A stretch of DNA of 64,000 nt from Eledone cirrhosa (lineage: Eukaryota), in NCBI GenBank assembly GCA_964016885.1, contig OZ024741.1:232190001-232254000 (forward strand). Reading direction: 5' to 3'. A program made the translations under genes and the position numbers. The notes under the pieces are model-generated. The model saw only the letters and a program-made list of their open reading frames with translations, made no database searches and was not told the DNA's origin. This document shows, one piece after another, positions 13,405-24,700 of the stretch. Position 1 is the stretch's first letter, and the number at the start of each line of letters is the position of its first letter.

Positions 13405-14957
13405 GTAAGTGAAATTTTCGTTGGGAAGATCTTACTTTTTAACTGGTCACTCAATAAATACTGTGTATCGGAAGTGATGTTAGAGTGTAGGACAAAATGT
13501 CTAGGGGTACTTGTTCCGTTTTCTGTATCCTTATAGGACTGAAATTGCTTAAGGATTTGGACGACATTTGTGGTGGCAATATTTGTCTGGGCTTTACGCA
13601 TTCTGAGCTTACATTCCAATATATCCTATTAGAATAAAGTGATAATTAGACTTTCAGCTCGGTTATCTCAACTCGGCCCCTGGTTTCTTTCAGTAATTAT
13701 TTGAACATGGCTCTGGGTTGAAGATACATTCATTGGTATGACTAGTCAACTTAATGAGAGTTAAACTAAATCCTTCTCTAGGATAACAAAAGTCCCTGAT
13801 TTTTTTAGATTGTTTGCGGCTAATCTACTCTGTAATGATAAATTACAACTTAATCTTGTCCGGTAAACATCGACATAGATGATGGGCTCTATCCTTCATG
13901 CTTTGATTAAGCGAAAAGAAGAAAAATATGTGGGAAATAGCTTATAAAAAGGGCTCCTCAGAAATCATCTCTCTGATAATATAATTCCCATCTTCTTTTG
14001 AAAACAATAGACTTTACTTGCATCATACTATTTAGCATACATATTACATAGAGACGCTAATACTAGTAAAATAGACACTAATTAAATGCATGGCCAGCCG
14101 AAATTTGGTCAGCTTTTATATCTGTTGCATTATGTCTTTGATCTGTTAGACGGAAAATACGGTCAGCCAGGTAGAACCTTCGTTCCGGCATTTTACTTAG
14201 AACGATTGCGATTTGCTTTCCACGGCATTTTTTTTTATTTTTAAACGCGGTTCGCCAGTTGATCTTTTGTAATCTTTCTCAGCCAAAATTGATGGAGCAC
14301 ATTCAGCTTTCTGGAAATCTTTGCTGTGTTTTCATGTCGCTTTAGCATACACAGCTGTGTGGAGAACGACTGTGTCGTAGAGACAAAGTTTGACATCTGC
14401 ACACATAGTTGACCCTGAGCAAACAAAGCGCATACATTGAAATACCATCACAGCCTTTCCAATTCTACTGATGACGTGCAGTTCATTGTTGCTTTTGTTG
14501 GATCACTTCACTGCGGCTTCATTAAATGGTGCGGTTTCCCACCATCAGCAACTAACCCAATATTTTGCTGCTGCAGATGTGAACTAGTTCCTGATATTAA
14601 GGCGATGTTGACAGACTTGTGTGTGCTCTACATGGAATTCATTTGCTGGTTACACCATGACCGTGCGTGTTGGTGCATATATGAGTTTTTAATTGTAATT
14701 AAGCAAAAGTTTCGCGCTGGATTAGGCATACGCAATCCATTTGAAAGACACTATATTATACATCCGTTTATTGTACGGAGAACGCTGAAGTGGCTTGTGG
14801 CAGCCTCCTCTACTGGAAAGCCCTCAGTAATCATGAACTTTGACATAAGTTGATTTTTATTGTGCCCGAAAGCTATCCCTTCTAACATTGCAAAGCTTCA
14901 ATCCTAGGATATCTATATATGTATATGTTTGTGATAAATGTGTATTCTCTTTCACAG

Positions 14958-15101
14958 AATGCCCACCCGGAAATTACGGATTGGAGTGTGCAAATATATG
15001 TATAGATTGTGTAGGTGTGGAATGTGATAGTTATATTGGTAAATGTGAAAATGGTTGTTTCGAAGGTATGGGTTGGGATGACGAAATTAAAAGATGTGGA
15101 G
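14958..15101 (+). CDS. EGF/MEGF-like exon 6 (ECPPGNYGLECANICIDCVGVECDSYIGKCENGCFEGMGWDDEIKRCG)
   Basis: ctttcacag acceptor, gtaagt donor, 144 nt, phase 1-1. Confidence 0.9.
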
Positions 15102-15869
15102 GTAAGTGAAATTTTCGTTAAGATATTACTTTTTACTTGGTCGTTCTATAAATGCTGTGTGTCGGAGGTGTTGGTAGAGTGTAGAACAAAATGTCTTGGG
15201 GTACTTGTTCTATATTCTGTAACCATCTAGGACTGGAATTGTTTAAGAATTTTGCCGACATGAATGGTGGCTCTATTTGTCTCGGCATTACGCATTCTGA
15301 GCTTACATTCGAATATATTATATTAGGGTAAAGTGAGACGTCATATTTCACAGCTGTGTGGAAAACGATTGTGTCCTATAGACAAAGTATGACATCTACA
15401 CTCATATTTGAGCCTGAGAAAACAAAGCGCATTCACTGGAACACGTTCACAGCCTTTCCTATTCTGTTGATGACGGTCAGTTCATTGTTGCTATTGTTGG
15501 ATCACTTCACCGTGGCTTCCTAAATGGTGCTGTTGCCCACGATCAACAAATAACCCAGACTTGAATGTTCTCTCCATGGAATTCATTGGCTTGTTCCACC
15601 ATGCCCGTCCGTGTCTATGTGTGTTGGTGCATATATAGGTTTTTCATTGTAATTTAGGAAAACATAACGCTTGTATATGCATAGGCAATTTAATTTGTAC
15701 ATCGATTTTTAGTCTAGAGTAAGCTGACGAGGTTTGTTTATATCTGACAGACTCCTCTCGAAAAACGCTCAATAATTATGAAATTTGACCGTTGACCTTT
15801 TATTGTGCTCGAAATCTATCCACAGTAACATTTCAAAGCTTTCATCGGAGGGTCTCTGTATATATATAT

Positions 15870-17304
15870 ATATATAAACAATGAGTTATTTGGTTTGTTG
15901 ATTATTCAACAAAATTAATTTTACAATAGATTAGAAGCACTCAACAGTTTTATCCGGAGCATCATTAATATCAATGATATTAATAAATGGAAAATATCTT
16001 TATAGGACCATATTTATTTTACTATACGTATTTCAAGGTTACCTATATTTAAGGGCGCTTTGGTCAGATAAAATATAATAATTGGTGTTAAGATAGTGAC
16101 ATATCTTAATGTGAACAGCATGTTATAAGTTCAGTGAAGATAGTGAAGATAATTTTTTGTAAACTCAAGAGGAATATACTAATGAGGATAACGTTAAAAC
16201 TGAAAAGATCCGTTAATTTTAGACTAGATAAATTGAAAATATTTATATACTTTGTTAAAAAAAGTGTGCCATTAAATTTGAAAATGTTATTGTAGAGTTA
16301 TTTTTAAAATAATTATTTAGTACATAAAGTATTATGCGTGAATATAGATCTTATTTATGTATATATATAGAAATAGAATTATAAATGACCGTAAGATAGA
16401 TCAAGCAATAATATATATGCATTTTTTACATATACTTTAAGAATGTGAAAGTAATTATATTTTTAAAGTAAAGATGTATAGTATTATATATAATCTATTA
16501 TTGTATATGTTTAGTAATATAAAATTTAAACATTTATGTAAATCGAAATGTATCGTATATGTGAATTGTAAACAAAACCATCTTTTAAGGGAAGATAATA
16601 CTAATATTTAGTAATTCAAGGAATCTACACTATAGATATGTAAAATATATTGTTTTATCTAATGTTTAACATAATAATTAATTTTAATTTATATTATAAG
16701 ATAAGTAAACATTTCTATACGAGTTTAGAGCACCATATAGTAAATATGGTGTTGATAATAATAAATAATTAAATATGTATATGTATAAACTTTGATAATA
16801 ATAAATATTTCTATGTATAAATTTGATGATAAGAAATATTTCTATGTATACATTTAAGAACATTTAAAGACAACCAAAAATATATACTGTACATAGGCAA
16901 CCTATATAGACCATACTGTAGTAGCTTCTATGTATTATAAATATTCTGAAATGTTCTGAAGAATCGATGCAAACAAGAATTAAATATTTCTCTTTTTTTT
17001 TTTGTTAATAATATTACCAGGATTGGTAATGATATGAAAGATTTCTTCAATACAGAGATGACAAATTCTTGAGAGAGCCATATTTTAGTAAAGTGGTAAA
17101 ATGCATCGATTCTCCAGAACATTTCACAATATTTATAATTAGGTTAAACATTAGATAAAACAATATATTTTTAAATATCCATACTATACATTCCTTAAAT
17201 TACTAAATATTAGAGTTACCTTCCCTTTAAATATTTTTTGTTTACAATTCACATATACGATACGTTCCAACATACATAAATGTTTAAATTTTATATTACT
17301 AAAC
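15870..17304. mobile_element. AT-rich inserted repeat with internal inverted repeats (unclassified, possibly Penelope-derived)
   Basis: Interrupts a duplication unit at its (TA)n tract; about 16505-16670 is inverted at 17140-17303; about 16332-16630 is inverted at 6875-7176. Confidence 0.55.
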
Positions 17305-17896
17305 ATGTCATATAGACAAAGTTTGACATCTGCGCTCATAGTTGAGGCTGAACAAACAAACCGCATTCACTGGAAAACATTCAGCGCCTCACCAATACTG
17401 CTGATGACGTCCAGTTTTATTTTCCTATTGTTGGAATACTTCACGCGGCTTCCTAATTGTCGTTGTTGCCCACCATTGTCAACTAACCCAATATTTAGCT
17501 TCGGATGTGAACCCTTTTCTGCTAAGATGGCGTAGTTTACGGACTTTCTCTCCATGGAATTCATTGGCTAGTTTCACCATGTGTCTGCATGTCTGTGTGT
17601 ATTGGTGCATATATGAGTTTTCAATTGTTATTTAGCAAAGTTTTCGCGCTTGTTTAGTCATACGGTATCCCTTTGAAAACAGTATTTTATAAATCGTGTT
17701 ATGGTCTAGAAAAAGCTGAAGAGGTGTGTGTGTATCTGCAGCCTCATTTTCCCGAAAATCCTTCAGTATTATGATCTTTGAAGTGAGTTGACCTTTTATT
17801 GTGCCCGAAAGCTATCCCTTCTAACCTTGCAAAGCTTCCATCGTAGGATATCTGTATATATATATATTTATGATAGTTGTGTATTCTCTTTCACAG

Positions 17897-18040
17897 AATG
17901 CAAACCCGGATATTACGGATTCAACTGTGCAAATAATTGTACAGATTGTGTTGACAGGGTATGTGATAAGTATATTGGTAACTGTGAAAAAGGTTGTATC
18001 AGCGGTATGATTTGGGATGAAGAATTTATAAGATGTGTAG
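17897..18040 (+). CDS. EGF/MEGF-like exon 7 (ECKPGYYGFNCANNCTDCVDRVCDKYIGNCEKGCISGMIWDEEFIRCV)
   Basis: ctttcacag acceptor, gtaagt donor, 144 nt, phase 1-1. Confidence 0.9.
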
Positions 18041-18050
18041 GTAAGTGAAA

Positions 18051-18179
18051 TTACGGATATATGTGTGAATATGATTGTACAGATTGTCTAAATATGTCAT
18101 GTGGAAATGTTTAATGGTGAATGTCACCTTGGTTGTAAGATAGGAAAGGAATGGGACGTAGATTTTAGTAAATGTAAAG
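18051..18179 (+). pseudogene. Second dead EGF exon copy lacking its acceptor
   Basis: Same fused junction GTAAGTGAAATTACGGA as at 13269; +1 frameshift (GTT TAA); donor degraded to gtaaat. Confidence 0.85.
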
Positions 18180-19366
18180 GTAAATGAAATTTTCGTTGAG
18201 AAGATCTTACTCTTTAACTGGTCGTTCAATAAAGGCTGTGTGACGGAAATGTTGTGAGAGTGTAGAACAAAATTATTGGTGGGGGGGGGGGGGGGGGGGT
18301 GAGTGTTCCGTTTTCTGTATCAATCTAGGACTGAAATTATTTAAGGATTTTGTCGACATGCGTGGTGGCAATATTTGTCTCGGAATTACGCATTCTGAGA
18401 TTACATTCCAATATATCCTATTAGAGTAAAGTGATAATTAGACTTTCACCCTGTTTATCTCAACCCGGCCCATGGCTTCTTTTAGCAGATTTTATTCTCT
18501 TGCAATTATTTGAACATGGCTCTGGTTTGAAGATACATTCATTGGTATAACAAGTCAACAGAAAATACGATAAGCTAGGTAGAACATTCGTTACGCCATT
18601 TTACTTAGAACGATTGTGATTTTCTCTCCACGGCATTTTTTTATTTGTAAACGAGGTTCACCAGTTGATCTTGTGAAATATTTCTGGGCCAACTTTGATG
18701 AAGCACATTTAGCTTTCTGGAAATATTTGCTGTGTTTTCATGTCGCTTTAGTATACACAGCTGTGTGGAGAACGACTGTCACGTATAGACAAAGTTTGAC
18801 GCCTGCACTCATATTTGAGCCTGATCAAAGAAAGCGCATTCACAGGAAAACCTTCACAGCCTTTCCAATTCTGCTGATGACGTGCAGTTCATTGTTGCTT
18901 TTGTTGGTTCACTTCACTGCGGCTTCATTAAATGGTGGTGTTTCCCTCCATCACCAACTAACCCAATATCTTGCTGCCACAATTTTGAACAAGTTCCCGC
19001 TATTAAGGCGATGTTGACAGACTTGTGTGTTCTCTCCATGGAATTCATTTGCTGGTTCCACCATGACCGTGCGTGTTGGTGCATAAAGAAGGTTTTACTT
19101 GTAATTTAGCACAATTTTTGCGCTAGATTAGGCATACGCACTCCCTTTGAAAGACACTATTTTGTACATCAGTCTATGACCCGGAGAACGCTGAAGCGGC
19201 CTGTGGCAGCCTCCTACTCCCAGAAAACCCTCAGTAATCATGAACTTTCACATAATTTAATTTTTGTTAATCCCGAAATCTATCCCTTCTAACCTTGCAA
19301 AGCTTCCATCGTAAGATATCTATATATGTATATATATTTACGATAAATGTGTATTCTCTTTCACAG

Positions 19367-19510
19367 GATGCCCACCCGGATATTACGGATTCAAGTGTGT
19401 AAATAATTGTACAGATTGTTTATACATGAAATGTGATATTTTTATTGGTAAATGTGAACAAGGTTGTATCGAAGGTATGATTTGGGATGACGAAATTGAA
19501 AGATGTCAAG
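19367..19510 (+). CDS. EGF/MEGF-like exon 8 (GCPPGYYGFKCVNNCTDCLYMKCDIFIGKCEQGCIEGMIWDDEIERCQ)
   Basis: ctttcacag acceptor, gtaagt donor, 144 nt, phase 1-1. Confidence 0.9.
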
Positions 19511-19698
19511 GTAAGTGAAATTTTCGTTAAGATATTACTTTTTACCAGGTCGTTCTATAAATGCTGTGTGTTGGAGGTTTTGGTAGAGTATAGAACAAAA
19601 AGTATTGTGGTAGATGTTCCGTCTTCTGTATCCATCTAGGACTGGAATTGTTTAAGAATTTTGACGACATACGTGGTGGCATTATTTGTCTCGGCATT

Positions 19699-19890
19699 GG
19701 ATGGCAGGTGGATTGGCAGTATCGGTAGAGGGTCGGACGTCATGCTTTCCAGCATAGTTACGTCCCTTTACGATCTGAGTTCAAATCCAGCCGAGGTTAA
19801 CTTTGCCTTTCATCCTTACGGGGTCGATAAAATAAAGTACCAGTAATGCACTGGGTAATTTCTGGCCTTGTGCTAATAGTAGAAACAATT
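19699..19890 (+). mobile_element. tRNA-derived SINE (OK-like) with 18-bp TSD
   Basis: Flanked by ATTATTTGTCTCGGCATT at 19681-19698 and 19888-19905; other units show the empty site. Confidence 0.9.
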
Positions 19891-20439
19891 ATTTGTCTCG
19901 GCATTACCCATTCTGAGCGTGCATTTCAATATATCCTATTAGGCTGAATTGAGACTAAAGCTTTCACTCAGTTTATCTCAGCCTGGCTCTTGGTTGCTTT
20001 TAGCGGAGTTTATTCTCTTACAACAATTTGAACATACCTCTTGATTCACGATACATTCATTTGTATAACAAATCAGCTTAGTTATAGTTAAACTTAATCC
20101 TTCACTCAGTTAACAAAAGTCCCTGATATTTTGCTTTCCGTTACGTCTGATCCTCTTCGTAAGTGTAACTCCCAACTTAATCTTCTAATCCGGAAAACCC
20201 TGACATGGATGACGGGCACTATCTTTCTTTATTTGATTAAACGAAAAGAAGAAAGGTTTGTTGCAAACCATAGCTTATGAAGAGAGCTCCCCGGAAATCA
20301 TCACTCAATAACACCTCCTATTGAAAGCAATACACGTTACTTGCAGCATACAATTTAGCATACATAGTACATAGAGACGCTAAACCTAGTAAAATAGACG
20401 CTAATTAAATGTATCACCAGTTGAAATTCGGTCTGCTCC

Positions 20440-21005
20440 TATTTTAGTTGCATCTTGGAGTTCATGTCATCACTATTGTCGAAAGTCGTTAATCTGGTAG
20501 ACGGATAATACGGTCAATCACGTAGAACGTTTGTTCAGCCCTTTTTACATGCAGCGGTTGTGATTTGCTCTCCACGGATATTTTTATTTGTAAACAAGGT
20601 TCGACAGGTGATCTTTTGAAATTTGTTTGAGGTCCCTTTGATGGAACACATTCAGCTTTCTGGCAATCTTTGCTGTGTTTTCAGGTCGCATTGGCATACA
20701 CAGGTGTGTGGATAACTACTGTGTCGTACAGGCAAAGTTTGACAACTGTACTCATAGTTGAGCCTTAGCAGACAAAGCGCATTCACTGGAAGACTTTCAC
20801 CGCCTTTCTAATACTGTTGATGACGTCCAGTTTTATTGCTGTTACTGTTGGATCATTTCACTGCGGCCTCCTAATTGGTGTTGTTGCCCAGCATAGTCAA
20901 GTAAACCAACATTTAGATGCTACAGATTTGAACTAGTTCCTACTATTAAGGCAACGTTGACAGATATGTATGTTATCTCCATTGAATTCATTGGCTGTTT
21001 CTACC
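20440..21005 (-). mobile_element. Antisense RTE-clade LINE relic (representative copy; homologues near 8830-9650, 10600-11330, 12250-13070, 14140-14890, 15350-15850, 17305-17840, 18560-19310)
   Basis: Minus-strand translation across frameshifts gives DVINSIRKA..VF, VKLCLYDTVV..PVYANAT*K, KLNVFHQR..KQI..., which resembles the RT C-terminal region of RTE LINEs. Confidence 0.7.
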
Positions 21006-21009
21006 AACA

Positions 21010-22400
21010 ACTCTTTTAAAACCAACATTAGCAACCAGTAGTACAAGAGGGAACAGGGGAAGCACTCTTGGATTGGTTCTCAAACAATGTTATCTTAGTC
21101 CGTTGTTCCAGGCATATAAAGTTGCTTAAAAATGGTTAGTGGGAAACTACATAATAGAACAATGCTTCAGGGTCATTTTCTTGGCACACTATCAAATGCT
21201 TTCTAGAACTCGATGATACTAAAACACTAGTGGTTTCAGATATCCGATACAGTGTTAAATGATGCTAGTCAGAATGAACATTTGATCAAGGAATATGCTG
21301 TTGTTTCAAAAGGCAATAAGTACTTCCCATTGGACAGAATCTACAGCATGGTGTAGTATTCTAAGTAGCAGTGTGCAGAACAATTTGTATGGGATCAAAA
21401 AATGTGATCTCTCGTCAGTCTTCGCAAGCTACCAGATTACCCTTTTTTAGTAACTTTCTAATAATCACTTGTTTACTCTCCGTGGATAGTGGCCCTTAAT
21501 TCCAGCAGTTGTACATCAGCTTGGTCATTGCTGAAATTATTCTGCTGTCATCAAACTTCAAAAGCTTTTTTGAGTTCTCATTCAATCCAACAGATTTGTT
21601 ATTCTTCAAAGAATTTAGTGAAATTATCATCTCCCTTACTATAATTGTTTCCCTGGCAGGCATACAGAGGTGTGTCGACTGCTGGTGTATAAAAGCTGAA
21701 TTCAAACAAAGTAACTGTGGCTGGCTAGTTTATCTCCTGGAAGTGTTCGATCCATCTATATCTTGCTCTTTACTTGTCACCAGCCTTTAAATTCTTTTCA
21801 TTTATTGTCATGCTCACATTTCATCAGACGCCTGTTAACTCTCTTACAGTATTACACATGGTTATTGATTCATTTCCATCCGCCCCTTCCTCAGCCTCCG
21901 TGCACGTTTTCCCTCGCGAGGGCAATTTATTTCGACTCATTATGCAGCATCTGTTTTTCCTTCGTTTCACTTCTTGCTATGTCCCTTAAGAATTTTTGCC
22001 TTCAATCTTCAATCGATTAATTCCAAAACTGTTCGCAGAGGCACGGCTCTCATTTTGATCACCTTCGTCTCTTATATAGGGGTTTACTATTCTTGAGTCT
22101 CACCCTCACTGCAGCTCACTGCAAATATTAGACTGATCCAATGTGTCCCCCACTGCACAACCTGACATCCGACAGCATTAATTTATATTAATGTAGTCGT
22201 TTCCCATGCAAGAATTCCTCTCCGCTGACTGCAAGATTATTTTATGTATGAGTACGTGCCGGAAATAGGATTAGCAAATTCTGTGGTTGTTGATGTAGCA
22301 GAAAAACAGCACGAGTCCTCCGTTATCTTTGTCTGCTGGGCAGAACCTAACGGTACGATGACACGGTATTACTGAAGCCCATATTCACGAGTCACCTATA
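21010..22400 (-). mobile_element. Decayed LINE (RTE-like) RT/EN fragment truncating the last duplication unit
   Basis: Minus-strand LKNNKSVG motif and IEF*KAFDSV (about 21190-21220). Confidence 0.65.
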
Positions 22401-22549
22401 TATTATAAACTTTCCCAAAGGAAAGCAGTTCGATTTTGCTCATTCACTCGCACTTTCTTTTACAAACGAAACTTGAAAACCCTCGATGTGACTCTGACCA
22501 AAGAGGAATGTCTCACATACCACACTCCTCAATCGTATTACCACACTAA

Positions 22550-24700
22550 AACATTTGCTATCGCCAACAGAATTAGAGAAGGAACTACTGCCCTCCCTAA
22601 ACAGGCATGTCTAAAGACAACAGAGTGCATGTAGGATTTATATCAAATTGGTAGCACTCCTCGTTAGTACTGCCAGACCAGATACTTCTGGAGCTCGTCC
22701 ATCTGCTAGTCCACGCGAGCAACTCTGCTCCACACATATGTGTGCGGTTTTTTAGCAGCAAGTGACTCAGGTATTGAAGATGAGAGGTGGGCCATTTCGG
22801 AAGATGGACTTCATTACATACCTCGATGGCACGCCACCACCCATGACATAGGAGTTGTACTGCTGCGAAAGCCCGATAACAAACCCACGAATATCGGAGA
22901 GAATAGCTGTCTGTACAAGAGGCAAAACGCTGTATTTTGCTGGTCTGTACTTCAGGTTTTACGTTCAAATGTCATATTTGTTCGGCGATATTTAGGTGAA
23001 CGTCTACAACAAAATTCAGTAGAACGTGCGATTTCAAAATGTCAGCGAAATTGTTATCAATAAGATTGTTGTTTTTTGTCATGAGTTTGATTGGTGGGAG
23101 GCAGGCATGCGCCAACCACAAACTTTCTGCCACGACATGCAATATATCATAGCATGTATTAATAATAAAGTAACTCTGCAAGAACGGGACCGTAATTAAC
23201 TTGTAGATCTATCTAAAACTTTAGATAGATCCACCATCACAACTTGGTAGCTAACTTTAGGGCTGCCAGTTTTGGCCCTATATTCAGTGGATAGTTTTCG
23301 GTAATTTACAACGATATCTGCCCGGTGGTTATTGTGAATTACCATACATCGGAATTGTTCGATATCAAGCACTTCGTCTTCCAATGACGCCCCCTCTCCT
23401 CTCTCGTATACGCTCATTCCAGAGCCATTAATGCGCAACTTAAAAATACAGAGGTGCAACTCACACGTACTAGAATCCCAGGGAAACGTATCGGCACATT
23501 CGGATTACGTCACGGCAGTGATGTGAACAAATGTTAATCAGGAAAATCTATAGTTGTACGGATTGCACTTAGAGAGTCCGATGTTTATCATCCAACAGCG
23601 TGATTACGCGGTGGACGAGTGGGCATATTAAGTTGCTCAGAATCTTGTTCGGAGAACAAAACAAAGTAACGAAGCATGCATTATGTTATTGGAAACTATT
23701 CCAAGAATGTGGGGAGGAGGTGGTGAAATAATATATCACCTCCAGTATCGACTACTACATGATCGTCATGAATTGGCTCTATTCAAATCTTAATATACCG
23801 GAGCGCACGCCCTTTACATTTTTTTAATGGTAAGTTCAAATGATTTAATGCTCCATCCTGTGTAGAAACCCGCTGTATTGAAAACTGGGCAAAATGTGGC
23901 TGACATTCAGTAGATATGCGCCATGGCTACATCTCCAACGTTTCCTTAACCATGATCATGTGGAGTTCAGACAGTTGATTCAATAACACCTTTCTCCTCG
24001 ATGTAGTTACAGTTCTAAATGAATCAAAGACTGGCAACTTGAACATGTTGTGTTCACAGTCTTCTAACACTTGGGCACTTGACTCGGTGGAAATCCACTT
24101 TAACATTCTGCCGAAGATCAGAAATACGGGGAGAGATATAACGTTCTGGGCTACACTGAGTGGCGAATATAATCGAATACACACCGATGGATAAATTCTA
24201 GAAATTCGTGGCCTGGTAGAGCTACCGATGACATTGACGTTTTGAAATGATCTCAGAAAGCACGGAAGTGCCGTCAACTGAGGCTTTTAGAGATGCACAC
24301 ATGGGGAAAAAAAACCTTCCTGAAAGCACTCATACAAAGTTTGAGTGTGTATTCCTGAGTCGTGTTGCTATGTTGAACAGATGGATCTGGCTATCAAGTG
24401 AGTCCATAATAAATATAGTCTCACCTGCCTGGCCCTGCAGGCTGTGTTCATGCTCCTGGTAGTCCTTTCAAAAGAGATTATATCGGGAAAGTGGTTGAAA
24501 ATTGCGTGGAGACACATTGCTGTTCGGCGAAGTCCTAGTTAGCCTTTTCAAATTTTACCTGAAGAGAAAGATCAGTGGATGGAGGGAAGTGTTACCTTCC
24601 AATCAGTTTGTGACAGGTGAATTTGAAGTTAAATGGTCCAGCACTCACCGTGACCGTGCCATTATGTCTCGCTGCTTTCGGGAAATATGCGTTTTTTGTT
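22550..24700 (+). mobile_element. Highly decayed L1/Tx1-like LINE ORF2
   Basis: Degenerate DLSKTLDR (about 23200), RPLSSLVYALIPEPLMRNL (about 23390; QGCPLSPLLY motif) and VSAHSDYVT (YADD-like, about 23490). Confidence 0.6.

Larger units (their letters stand above)
4860..21005 (+). repeat. Tandem array of duplicated exon+intron units (about 1.5-2 kb each)
   Basis: Homologous intron sequence (e.g. GTAAGTGAAATTTTCG...AGATATTACTTTTTAC) follows each EGF exon, and an RTE-derived segment recurs in the introns between them. Confidence 0.95.

Noticed and set aside
10880-14853. Two near-identical 138-aa ORFs (10880-11296 and 14437-14853)
   Set aside because: They are the antisense frame of the duplicated RTE relic, start at TTG, and are not kept open in other units.
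18860-19250. Gypsy integrase-like reading of the repeated intron
   Set aside because: The resemblance was weak; neighbouring sequence fits RTE RT C-terminal motifs much better.
22597-24462. Novel or viral genes among the 70-120 aa ORFs
   Set aside because: Degenerate RT motifs on the + strand explain the region as a decayed L1/Tx1-like LINE.
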